From Candidatus Dormiibacterota bacterium (GTDB taxonomy: Bacteria > Chloroflexota > Dormibacteria > Aeolococcales > Aeolococcaceae): a DNA stretch of 35,133 nt. Positions 25,050 through 33,430 of this stretch are shown one piece after another (within the stretch, counting starts at the first letter, position 1; every line of letters begins with the position of its first letter). The position numbers and the translations under genes were made by a program. The stretch spans positions 1-35,133 of the forward strand of contig PLAX01000139.1 in the NCBI GenBank assembly GCA_003135255.1, read 5' to 3'. Below the pieces are notes generated by a model. That model did not search any database and was not told the origin of the DNA. It saw nothing but the letters and a program-made list of their open reading frames with translations.

Positions 25050-26606
25050 ATGACTGAAGCTCTCGAGTGCCAGCTGCTGGTCATTGGGGGAGGTTCCACG
25101 GGGGCTGGGGTGGCCTGGGATGCCGCGCTGCGCGGTTTCCAGGTCATCCTGGCCGACCGTGGTGACCTTGCCACCGGCACCACGGGCCGCTTCCACGGCC
25201 TGCTCCATTCGGGCGGGCGCTACGCCGTGCGCGATACGAGCTCGGCGCGCGAGTGCGCTCGGGAGAACGAGATCCTGCGCCGCGTGGCGACCGAGAGTAT
25301 CGAGGACACGGGGGGACTTTTCGTCAGCACCCCCCAGGACGACCCCGAGTACGCCGATCGCTTCCTCGCAGGCTGTGGGGAGGCCGGCATCGCCGTCGAG
25401 GAGATCTCACCTGGCGAGGCCCTCCGGCGTGAGCCCCGCCTCAACCCGAAGGTCCGGCGCGTCTTCTCGGTGGCGGATGGCAGCATCGACAGCTGGAAGC
25501 TGGTCTGGGGCTGCGCCCGGGGAGCCGAGCAGCTGGGCGCGCGGATCCTCCCCTATCACCCGGTCACCGCTCTCCTGCGCGAGGGTGATCGGGTGGTGGG
25601 CGGCCGTCTCCGCGACCTCCGCTCCGGCGGGGATGTGGAGGTCCGGGCCGAGTGCGTCATCAACGCCGCCGGAGCCTGGAGCGGGCAGATCGCCAAGATG
25701 GCCGGCTGCGAGGTCGGCGTCCGGCCCGGCAAGGGCGTGATGGTCGCGATCAACCACCGGCTCGCCAACTGTGTCGTCAACCGCTGCAACATGCCCGGCG
25801 ACGGCGACATCGTGGTCCCGAGCCACAGCGTCAGCGTGATCGGCACGACCGACACCCCGGTCGAGGATCCCGACGACATCGAACCCACCGCGGAGGAGGT
25901 GGCAAAGATGATGACGGCGGGCGACATCCTCTTCCCCGGCTTCAGCCAGGCGAGGGCCCTCCGCGTCTGGTCCGGGGCTCGCCCGCTACTCCCCAAGTCC
26001 GCGGTCGGCTCCGGCGACGACCGCGCGGTCACCCGCTCTCACACCGTCCTCCGGCACGCTGAGCGGGACGGCGTGGCCGGCCTGGTCTCGATCGCAGGGG
26101 GCAAGCTGACCACCTACCGGCTGATGGCCAAGGACACCGTCGACGCGGCGTGCGCGGAGCTGGGGGTGGAGAGGACCTGCACGACCGCGGAGACCCCCCT
26201 ACCGGGCAGCACCGGCCGCAACTACTACCGGTTGGCGGACCACCAGGCGGACTTCGAGAAGGGGCGGGCCGACAACCCGATCATCTGCGAGTGCGAGCTG
26301 GTGTCACAGGCCGACGTGCTGGAGGCGGCCCGGCGTCATCCCAAGGGTCAGATCGACGACCTGCGCCGGGTGCTCCGGATCGGGATGGGGCCCTGCCAGG
26401 GTGGCTTCTGCGCTTTCCGGACCGCCGCCCTCCTCCACGGCCACGGTGAGTACGACCGCGCCGAGGCCAACGCCACGCTGCGTGCCTTCGTCCAGGAGCG
26501 GTGGAAGGGTCAGCGCCAGGTGCTCTGGGGTCAGCAGCTCCGTCAGGCACGACTCGACGCGTGGATCTTCCAGGGGGTGCTCGACATCGAGCACCTGCCC
26601 ACATGA
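25050..26606 (+). CDS. glpA: anaerobic-type glycerol-3-phosphate dehydrogenase subunit A
   Basis: ORF 25050..26606. FAD fold: LLVIGGGSTGAGVAWDAALRG. Also GTTGRFHGLLHSGGRYAV, and a C-terminal BFD-like 2Fe-2S segment: CECELVSQADV...RIGMGPCQGGFC. Confidence 0.9.
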   Translation: MTEALECQLLVIGGGSTGAGVAWDAALRGFQVILADRGDLATGTTGRFHGLLHSGGRYAVRDTSSARECARENEILRRVATESIEDTGGLFVSTPQDDPEYADRFLAGCGEAGIAVEEISPGEALRREPRLNPKVRRVFSVADGSIDSWKLVWGCARGAEQLGARILPYHPVTALLREGDRVVGGRLRDLRSGGDVEVRAECVINAAGAWSGQIAKMAGCEVGVRPGKGVMVAINHRLANCVVNRCNMPGDGDIVVPSHSVSVIGTTDTPVEDPDDIEPTAEEVAKMMTAGDILFPGFSQARALRVWSGARPLLPKSAVGSGDDRAVTRSHTVLRHAERDGVAGLVSIAGGKLTTYRLMAKDTVDAACAELGVERTCTTAETPLPGSTGRNYYRLADHQADFEKGRADNPIICECELVSQADVLEAARRHPKGQIDDLRRVLRIGMGPCQGGFCAFRTAALLHGHGEYDRAEANATLRAFVQERWKGQRQVLWGQQLRQARLDAWIFQGVLDIEHLPT

Positions 26607-26628
26607 GACGCCGACCGGAGGTGATGCG

Positions 26629-27897
26629 GTGATCACCGACGCCCTCGTGATCGGGGCCGGGACGGCCGGTCTGACCGCCGGGATCCGCCTGGCCCACGGC
26701 GGGCTGCGGGTTGCGGTGGTGGCGACCGGGGAGGGGTGCCTTCCCCTCGCCAGCGGGACCATCGACGTCCTCGGCTTCGCCCCCGACCCGGTGCAGAGCC
26801 CCCTCGACGCCCTGCCCGGCTTCCTCCATGCCAACCCGGAGCACCCCTACCGGATCAGCGGCCTGGCCGGGCTCGAGCAGAGCCTCGCCTGGTTCGTGAA
26901 GACCGCCGAGCCGCTCGGCTATGCGGGGGAGCTGACCCGGAACCGCTGGGTGCCGACGGTTCTGGGCGGCCTGCGCCCCACGGCGCTGGTACCCCGCAGC
27001 ATGGCTGCCGCCGACCTCGGCGGTGGCGGCAAGGTGCTCATCGCCGGCATCCGCGGATTCCGCGACTTCCATCCCGCGCTCCTCGCCGCCAACCTGGGCC
27101 TGGCGTCGGCGACGCCCGCACCGGCCATCCAGGCGCGAGCGATCGAGCTCGACTGGCCGGGCAGCGCCGGCGACATGCCCGCCTTCCGCCTGGCCCGCCG
27201 GCTGGAGGACCCGGAGATCCGGCGGCGGCTGGCCGACCAGCTCCGTTCCAAGCTGGGTGACGCCACCGCGGTGGGTCTGCCCGCTGTCCTCGGGCGCGAG
27301 AAGGCCGCCGAGGTCCACGCCGACCTGGAGCACCGGCTCGGCCGGCCGGTCTTCGAGATCCCCGGTCTGCCCCCGTCGCTCCCCGGGCTGCGGCTCTTCG
27401 ACTGCCTGCGCCGGGCGCTGCTCGACGCGGGCGGCCGGCTGCTCCTGGGCAGCACCGTCATCTCGGCTACCCACCACCATGACACCGTCGACTCGGTGAC
27501 CATCACCCGGGCGTCGCGCCCGGTGGAGGTGAGCGCCGGGTTCTTCGTGCTGGCGACGGGCGGCTTTGCCACCGGCGGCATCCTGCGGCAGCCCGACGGT
27601 CAGCTCCGGGAGCCTGTGTTCGGCCTGCCAGTGCACGGTCTGGCACCGGGGCAGGAGCCCTTCGGCGACGAGTACCTGGCAGAGCATCCGCTCGACCGCG
27701 TCGGGCTGAGCACCGACGCGCAGGGTCGGCCCCTGGGCGCGGCCGGAGGCCCCCACGCCGTCAACCTCTACGCTGCCGGCGCTGTCCTGGCCGGCGCCGT
27801 CCCCTGGCGCGAGAAGTCGGGCGAGGGGCTGAGCCTCTCCACCGGGTGGCACGCCGCCGAGGCCATCCTGGGGCGCCGGCGTGAGGACGCCGCGTGA
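26629..27897 (+). CDS. glpB: anaerobic-type glycerol-3-phosphate dehydrogenase subunit B
   Basis: The track ORF starts at 26401 inside glpA. I prefer GTG 26629, preceded by GGAGGTGA (26617-26624). Sequence: VITDALVIGAGTAGLTAGIRLAHGGLRVAVVATGEGCLPLASGTIDVLGF...HPYR...GLPPSLPGLRL...ATGGFATGGI...LYAAGAVLAG. It is colinear with E. coli GlpB. Confidence 0.85.
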   Translation: MITDALVIGAGTAGLTAGIRLAHGGLRVAVVATGEGCLPLASGTIDVLGFAPDPVQSPLDALPGFLHANPEHPYRISGLAGLEQSLAWFVKTAEPLGYAGELTRNRWVPTVLGGLRPTALVPRSMAAADLGGGGKVLIAGIRGFRDFHPALLAANLGLASATPAPAIQARAIELDWPGSAGDMPAFRLARRLEDPEIRRRLADQLRSKLGDATAVGLPAVLGREKAAEVHADLEHRLGRPVFEIPGLPPSLPGLRLFDCLRRALLDAGGRLLLGSTVISATHHHDTVDSVTITRASRPVEVSAGFFVLATGGFATGGILRQPDGQLREPVFGLPVHGLAPGQEPFGDEYLAEHPLDRVGLSTDAQGRPLGAAGGPHAVNLYAAGAVLAGAVPWREKSGEGLSLSTGWHAAEAILGRRREDAA

Positions 27898-27898
27898 G

Positions 27899-29132
27899 AT
27901 GGACGGGATGAGCATGCTGATGGAGACCGAGGGGATGGGGGTGCGTCCCTCCCTCGACGGATGCATCAAGTGCACCATCTGCGAGAGCGCCTGCCCCTAC
28001 GCCGCCGTCACCGAGCACTTCCCCGGGCCCAAGACCGTCGGGCCTCAGGAGGAGCGCTTCCGCCATGGTCCCCTCTCGGCCGACTGGTCGGTGGACTACT
28101 GCTCCGGCTGCGGGATCTGCAGCCGGGTCTGTCCCCAGGACGTCAGGATCGCCGAGATCAACTCGCGTGCCCGGGCCCAGCTCAAGGAGCAGCGCGGCAT
28201 CCCCCTGCGCGACCAGCTGCTGGCTCGACCCGACGTGATGGGCCGCCTCGGCCGGCCGATACGCCCGCTCTTCAACTGGGCCATGGGCACCCCTCTCGTA
28301 CGTGTTCCGCTGGAGCTCACCCTCGGCATCCACCGCAAGGCCGCGGTCCCGACGGTCGCACCGCGCACCTTCCAGCAGTGGGCGCGGCGCCACCCTGCGC
28401 CGTCCGGCGCAGGACCGGGTCGTCTACTTCCACGGCTGCAGCACCAACTACTTCGAACCCCGCCTCGGCCGGATGGTCGTCGCCGTGCTCGAGCACCAGG
28501 GGCTGGCTGTGGACATCCCCCGGCAGGGCTGCTGCGGGCTGCCGCTGCAGTCCAACGGGAACTTCCCCGCCGCCCGCACCTACGCCACCCGGCTGGCCCG
28601 CCAGCTGCGCGGCACGACGGGCGACGTCCCGGTGATCGCCTCCTCGACCAGCTGCGCGCTGATGCTCAAGCGCGAGGCCCGCGAGATCCTGGGAGTCGAG
28701 GATCCGGCACTGGTCGACATCTCGCAGCGCACCTACGACATCTTCGAGTACCTCCGCGACCTGCACGAGCAGGGCCGGCTGAAGACCGACTTCCAGCCGG
28801 TGGAGCTCACCGCCGCCTACCACGCACCGTGCCAGCAGCAGAATCAATTGATCGGCAAGCCCGCCCTCGACGTCCTCGCCCTGGTGCCGGGCCTGCGGCT
28901 GGTCGAGCTGGATCGGGATTGCTGCGGGGTCGGCGGCACCTACGGCATCAAGCGCGAGAAGTACGCGATCTCGATGGCCGTGGGCGACAGCCTCTTCTCG
29001 GACATCCACCGGACCGCCCCGGACATTGTCCTCTGCGACAGCGAGACCTGCCGCTGGCACATTGCCAAGGCCACCGGGTTCCCGGTGATCCACCCCCTGG
29101 AGCTGCTGCACCGGGCCTATGGCGGCCACTGA
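27899..29132 (+). pseudogene. glpC: glycerol-3-phosphate dehydrogenase subunit C, reading frame broken by a single frameshift near 28391-28407 (true pseudogene or assembly error)
   Basis: The N-terminal part lies in the frame of ORF 27881..29362. It has two 4Fe-4S motifs (CIKCTICESACP and CSGCGICSRVCP) and runs to ...TFQQWARRH. The C-terminal part lies in the frame of ORF 28302..29132: ...PAQDRVVYFHGCSTNYFEP, CCGLPLQSNG, SSTSCALM, YHAPCQQQ, CCGVGGTYG, CDSETCRWH (two CCG domains). Joined, the two parts are colinear with E. coli GlpC. Confidence 0.8.
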
Positions 29133-31746
29133 AGCCACCGACCCCGTGCCGGGTGAGGCGCCGGTCGGCCTGGTCCTGGTCTCCCACAGCGCCCAGCTGG
29201 CCGAGGGCGCGGCGGACCTGGCCCGGGCGATGGCCGGCGAGGAGGTCAGGATCGTGGCGGCCGGCGGCATGGCGCCGCCGGAGACGGCGCTGGGAACGGA
29301 CGCCGTCCGGGTGGCGGCAGCCATCGAGGAGGCCTGGTCCGAGCGTGGGGTGCTGGTGCTGATGGACCTGGGCAGCGCCCTCCTCTCCGCCGAGATGGCG
29401 CTCGAGCTCCTCCCCGAGGGGCACCGGAAACGCGTGCTGCTGAGTGCCGCCCCCCTGGTCGAGGGCGCGGTGGCGGCGGCGGTCGCGTCGCGCCTGGGAG
29501 AGCCGATCGAGAGGGTGGCGAGCGAGGCCACCAGCTCGCTGGACGCCAAGCGCGCCCAGGTGGGTGGGCCCAGCGAGGCGAGCGCAGCCCCGGCAGACGA
29601 GCCCGGCCCCGTCCTGCCCGGCGTCGAGACCCGCATCGCGGTGGACATCCCCCTGGGTCTCCACGCCCGTCCGGCCGCACGGCTGATCCGCGCCACCGCA
29701 GGGCTGAACGCCCAGGTCCTGGCCGGCAACGCCACCACCGGCTCGGCGATGGTCACCGCACGCAGTCTCAACGCCCTCGCCGGCCTGCAGGTCCGCGAGG
29801 GTCACGAGTTGCTGGTGACGGCGTCGGGCCCGGATGCACAGAAGGCAATCGATGCGCTGCGAGCCCTGGCGGCGCGCCGCTTCGACGAGCCCGCGGTGCC
29901 GCGGGACGGCCCGCCCGCCACCGCGCCCGCCCCACCCACCGCCAGGCCGTTGCCCCCGGCGCTCCCCCCGACCGGCCTGGAGGGCGAGCTGCGCGGGGTC
30001 CCCGCCTCTGCGGGGATCGCCATCGGAACGCTGCAGTTCCTGGAGGAGGCCGACCTGACGGCGTCCGACGCCGAGGCCGGCGACCCGGCCAAGGAGCTCC
30101 AGGCACTGGAGCTGGCCGTGACGGCCGCACGCCGCGACCTCGAGCAGCTGCGCGACCAGACCAGGACGCGGGCGGGGAGCTATGAGGCGGAGATCGTCGA
30201 CGCGGACCTGCTCTTCCTCGAGGATCCGGAGCTCCTGGAACCGACGCGGGCGGCGATCACCGACCGACGGCTCACCGCCGCCCGGGCGTGGTCCGAGGTC
30301 TCGCTCCGCCTCGGCGAGTCCTGGGAGCGGCTCGAAGATCCCACCATGCGCCTCCGGGCCGCGGATCTCGCGGGCGTGAGCCGCAGGGTGCTCCACCGCC
30401 TGCTGGGACGGCCCGCGCCCGTCCTGCGCCGACGCGGGATCCTGGTGGCGCGCGACCTCGCGCCCACCGACACAGCGGCTCTGGATCCCGCCCGGGTGAT
30501 GGGCATCGCCACCGCGGGCGGCGGCCCCACCTCGCACAGCGCCATCCTCGCCCGCGCCCTCGGCATCCCGGCGGTGGTGGGCCTGGGCGACGCGCTGCTC
30601 GCGATGGCGCCGGGTCAGAGCGCTCTCCTGGACGGCGGCCGGGGCACGCTCATCCTCGACCCGGCGGCCGCGCTGGTCCGGCGCGCCCGGGCGCAGGCGC
30701 GGGAGGAGCAGCGCCGGGCAGCCCACGCTGCCGCTGCCGCCCACCAGCCCGCGGTGACCCGGGATGGTGTCGTCATCGAGGTGGCGGCCAACATCGGCGG
30801 CGCCGAGGAGGCCTCGCGGGCCGTCGAAGCCGGAGCCGACGGGGTCGGGCTGCTGCGCACGGAGTTCCTCTTCATGGAGGCGGAGTCCCTGCCCGGGGAG
30901 GAGGCCCAGGAGCGGATCTACTCGGAGATCGCCACCCGTCTGGAGGGCCGTCCGCTGACCATCCGCACACTCGACGTCGGTGCCGACAAGCCCCTCCCCT
31001 ATCTCCGCTCCGTCCACGAGGACAACCCCGCCCTCGGGCTCCGCGGCATCCGCCTCGGGCTGGCTCAGCCCGAGGTGCTGATCGCCCAGCTGCGCGCGGT
31101 GGTCGCGACCGCGCGGCGCTCCCCGGTGCGGGTGATGTTCCCCATGGTGTCGAGCGCGGGCGAGGTCGACGCGGCCCGAGCCCTGCTCACCGAGGCCGCA
31201 GGGTCTGAACCTCTCTCCCTCGAGGTGGGCGTGATGGTGGAGATCCCCTCCGCGGCACTGAGCGCCGCCCAGCTCGCCGAGAGGGTCGACTTCTTCTCGC
31301 TCGGCACCAACGACCTCTCCCAGTACACGCTCGCCGCGGATCGTGGCAACGCGGAGGTCGCCACCCTGGCGGACGCATTCCATCCCGCCACGCTGCGCCT
31401 CATCGCGGCGACGGTCCGGGCCGCGCGGGCCCGGGGGCGCTGGGTTGGTGTGTGCGGTGAGCTGGCCGGCCAGATCGAGGCGGTCCCCCTGCTGATCGGA
31501 CTCGGGGTGAGGGAGCTGTCAGTGGCCGTCCCGGCGGTGGCGAGGATCAAGGAGGCGGTGCGCGCAGCCGACTCCGGCGCATGCGTGCGGCTGGCCCGGA
31601 GGGCGCTCCGGCTCGCCGACGGGAGTGCGGTCCGTGGTCTGATCTCGGGCGCGTCCGGACGTGCGACCATTGCTCCCCGACATGGCTCGCCGGCCCCCTC
31701 TCGCCGCGCCTCCACGCGGAGCTCAGCTACCACTCCCCACGGGTGA
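29119..31746 (+). CDS. dhaM: multidomain phosphotransferase: DhaM (EIIA-Man-like) + HPr-like + full-length PTS Enzyme I
   Basis: ORF 29119..31746 (875 aa). DhaM domain: VGLVLVSHSAQLAEGAADLA...LGTDAVRV...VLMDLGSALLSAEMALELL...AAPLVEGAV. HPr-like domain: IPLGLHARPAARLI. Enzyme I includes the phospho-His region GGPTSHSAILARALGIPAVVG and the PEP-binding barrel (LLRTEFLFM, RTLDVGADKPLPY, NPALGLRGIRL, MFPMV, VMVEIPSAA, FFSLGTNDLSQYTLAADRGN, VGVCGELAG). The start overlaps the glpC stop by 14 nt. Confidence 0.88.
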   Translation: MAATEATDPVPGEAPVGLVLVSHSAQLAEGAADLARAMAGEEVRIVAAGGMAPPETALGTDAVRVAAAIEEAWSERGVLVLMDLGSALLSAEMALELLPEGHRKRVLLSAAPLVEGAVAAAVASRLGEPIERVASEATSSLDAKRAQVGGPSEASAAPADEPGPVLPGVETRIAVDIPLGLHARPAARLIRATAGLNAQVLAGNATTGSAMVTARSLNALAGLQVREGHELLVTASGPDAQKAIDALRALAARRFDEPAVPRDGPPATAPAPPTARPLPPALPPTGLEGELRGVPASAGIAIGTLQFLEEADLTASDAEAGDPAKELQALELAVTAARRDLEQLRDQTRTRAGSYEAEIVDADLLFLEDPELLEPTRAAITDRRLTAARAWSEVSLRLGESWERLEDPTMRLRAADLAGVSRRVLHRLLGRPAPVLRRRGILVARDLAPTDTAALDPARVMGIATAGGGPTSHSAILARALGIPAVVGLGDALLAMAPGQSALLDGGRGTLILDPAAALVRRARAQAREEQRRAAHAAAAAHQPAVTRDGVVIEVAANIGGAEEASRAVEAGADGVGLLRTEFLFMEAESLPGEEAQERIYSEIATRLEGRPLTIRTLDVGADKPLPYLRSVHEDNPALGLRGIRLGLAQPEVLIAQLRAVVATARRSPVRVMFPMVSSAGEVDAARALLTEAAGSEPLSLEVGVMVEIPSAALSAAQLAERVDFFSLGTNDLSQYTLAADRGNAEVATLADAFHPATLRLIAATVRAARARGRWVGVCGELAGQIEAVPLLIGLGVRELSVAVPAVARIKEAVRAADSGACVRLARRALRLADGSAVRGLISGASGRATIAPRHGSPAPSRRASTRSSATTPHG

Positions 31747-31765
31747 CGGTGGGCCGGCACATCCG

Positions 31766-32356
31766 GTGAGCGTGCTCCCCTCCGCGGCCGTCCGCTCGCG
31801 GGGCCGCACCGCCTTCGTGGGCACCACCACGGGGTTGCGCCTCGTCCTCACCCCGGTGGTGGCAGCGCTGGCCCTCTCCGGGCAGGGACGCTGGGCGGCG
31901 GTGGTGTTCGCGATCGGCGCCAGCACCGACTACCTCGACGGCTATCTGGCCCGCCGCTGGCAGGTGAGCACGCTGACCGGAAGCTTCCTGGACACGACCG
32001 CCGACAAGGTGATGGTGGCGGGCGTACTCATTGCCCTCACCAGCATCGGCCAGGCCTCGCCGTGGGCGGTGATGATCATCGTCTGCAGGGAGCTGATGGT
32101 GATGGGTCTGCGCGGCTCGGTGGCCGTCTCGGGCAAGGTGATCCGATCGTCCCAGCTCGGACGCACCAAGGCCGCGGTCCAGTTCGTCGCCATCATCCTG
32201 CTGCTGCTCCGCGTGGACCTGCGCCTCGGCCCGACCGGCATCGGCGAGTGGGCGCTCTGGATCGCCGCGGCGCTGACCGTGCTCTCCGCCGCCGACTACC
32301 TCTCACGCTGGGCGGCCTCGACCCTCCGCAGCCCCGCGCCGGCCACCCCGGAGTGA
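31766..32356 (+). CDS. pgsA: CDP-alcohol phosphatidyltransferase (PgsA-like, CDP-diacylglycerol--glycerol-3-phosphate 3-phosphatidyltransferase family)
   Basis: The track ORF starts at 31661. I prefer GTG 31766. The signature D-x2-DG-x2-AR-x8-G-x3-D-x3-D is present as STDYLDGYLARRWQVSTLTGSFLDTTADK. The protein is about 197 aa and multi-helical. Headgroup specificity cannot be read from sequence. Confidence 0.75.
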   Translation: MSVLPSAAVRSRGRTAFVGTTTGLRLVLTPVVAALALSGQGRWAAVVFAIGASTDYLDGYLARRWQVSTLTGSFLDTTADKVMVAGVLIALTSIGQASPWAVMIIVCRELMVMGLRGSVAVSGKVIRSSQLGRTKAAVQFVAIILLLLRVDLRLGPTGIGEWALWIAAALTVLSAADYLSRWAASTLRSPAPATPE

Positions 32357-33348
32357 GCGCCCCGGTCCTCATCACCGGCGCTGGCGGATTCGTCGGAGGC
32401 GCGGTTCTCGAGCGACTGCTCCGGGCCGGCCTCGAGGTGCGCGCCTTGGTGCGCACTCCCGAGACGGCCGAACGGGTCCGGAGAGCCGGTGCCCAGCCGG
32501 TGACCGGGGACATCCTGGACGGCGAGGGCCTCGCCGGCGCGATGCGCGGCTGCGAGCTGGTCTTCCACGTGGCCGGGCTCAACAAGATGTGCCTGCCCGA
32601 CCCCGCTCCGCTGATGCGCAACAACGTGGACGGATCGGTCAGCGTCGTCCGAGCCGCAGCCCGGGCGGGGGTGCGCCGCATCGTCTACACGTCGTCGGCG
32701 GCCACGCTGGACAGCGAGCCGCCGTCCGGCGCGCCGGACGACCGCCCGCGCGACTTCCTCTCCGAGTACGAGCGCTCCAAGTACGAGGCCGAGCGCCAGG
32801 TGATGGCGCTCGCACCCCGGCTTGGCGTCGAGCTGGTGTGTCTCAACCCCTCCTCGGTGCAGGGACCGGGCCGCACCACGGGCACCGCGCGCTGGCTGAT
32901 CCGCTACGCCAACGGCCGGCTGCACTGGCTCATCGATGCACCGGTCAGCCTGGTGGACATCGCCGACTGCGCCGAGGCGCATCTGCTCGCCGCCACGCGC
33001 GGCGAGCCGCTCCGCCCCTACGTGATCAGCGGGTCAACCCAGCGCATCTCGGAGATGGTGCACACCCTGGGGACGGTCGCCGGTCACACGTATCCGATCC
33101 GATTCCTCCCGCCAGGCCCGGCGCTCGCCGCCGCCTCGATGGTGGGTGCCGGCTTCCGGGTGGCGAGGCGCCGTGCCCCGGTCTGCCGCGAGATGCTCCG
33201 GACCCTGGCCCACGGCCACGCCTACGACGGCGCGCCGGCCGCACTGGAGCTGGGATTCGCCTACACGCCGCTCGACGAGACGCTGCGGCGGGCGCTCGCC
33301 TGGTACGTGGAGAACGGCCATGTTCGGCCGTCCCCCGTCCGCCCGTGA
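32353..33348 (+). CDS. NAD-dependent epimerase/dehydratase-family (extended SDR) protein
   Basis: Within track ORF 32062..33348. GTG 32353 overlaps the pgsA stop (GTGA). Rossmann motif: VLITGAGGFVGGAVLERLLRAG. The catalytic YxxxK is in YERSKYEAE. The SS of the catalytic triad is in VYTSSAAT. Confidence 0.8.
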   Translation: MSAPVLITGAGGFVGGAVLERLLRAGLEVRALVRTPETAERVRRAGAQPVTGDILDGEGLAGAMRGCELVFHVAGLNKMCLPDPAPLMRNNVDGSVSVVRAAARAGVRRIVYTSSAATLDSEPPSGAPDDRPRDFLSEYERSKYEAERQVMALAPRLGVELVCLNPSSVQGPGRTTGTARWLIRYANGRLHWLIDAPVSLVDIADCAEAHLLAATRGEPLRPYVISGSTQRISEMVHTLGTVAGHTYPIRFLPPGPALAAASMVGAGFRVARRRAPVCREMLRTLAHGHAYDGAPAALELGFAYTPLDETLRRALAWYVENGHVRPSPVRP

Positions 33349-33393
33349 GCCTCTCTCAACCGCGCCGCCCGTTCGGCAGCTGACCAGGTGGGA

Positions 33394-33430
33394 GGCCGCA
33401 AGCCCCGGACTTCAGTCCGGGCATAAGGCC
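33394..33430. repeat. 37-nt imperfect palindrome (subterminal hairpin of the IS200/IS605 element and/or bidirectional terminator)
   Basis: GGCC-gcaa-GCCCCGGAC-ttca-GTCCGGGC-ataa-GGCC. The inner stem is 8-9 bp with one bulged C, and the outer stem is 4 bp across a 4x4 internal loop. The tnpA stop codon (33412-33414) sits in the apical loop. Confidence 0.45.

Noticed and set aside
26401-26628. 76-codon N-terminal extension of glpB in the ORF track
   Set aside because: The extension lies inside glpA in another frame and is Ser/Pro/Arg-rich. GTG 26629 with GGAGGTGA upstream gives the canonical VITDALVIGAGTAGL FAD-fold N-terminus.
27881-29362. 493-aa ORF that looks like one long glpC-like gene extending into dhaM
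   Set aside because: Only the first ~170 codons are GlpC-like. After ...TFQQWARRH the product becomes Pro/Arg/Ala nonsense, while the genuine GlpC C-terminus is in the frame of ORF 28302..29132. I interpret this as a frameshift read-through, not a real 493-aa protein.
28948-31383. 811-aa minus-strand ORF opposite dhaM/EI (and similar ones at 8987..10309, 16134..17192, 28317..29771)
   Set aside because: These are GC-driven antisense open frames. Their products are Arg/Gly/Pro/Ala-rich with no motifs, while the sense strands carry clear DhaM-HPr-EI, malic enzyme, aldolase and glpC signatures.
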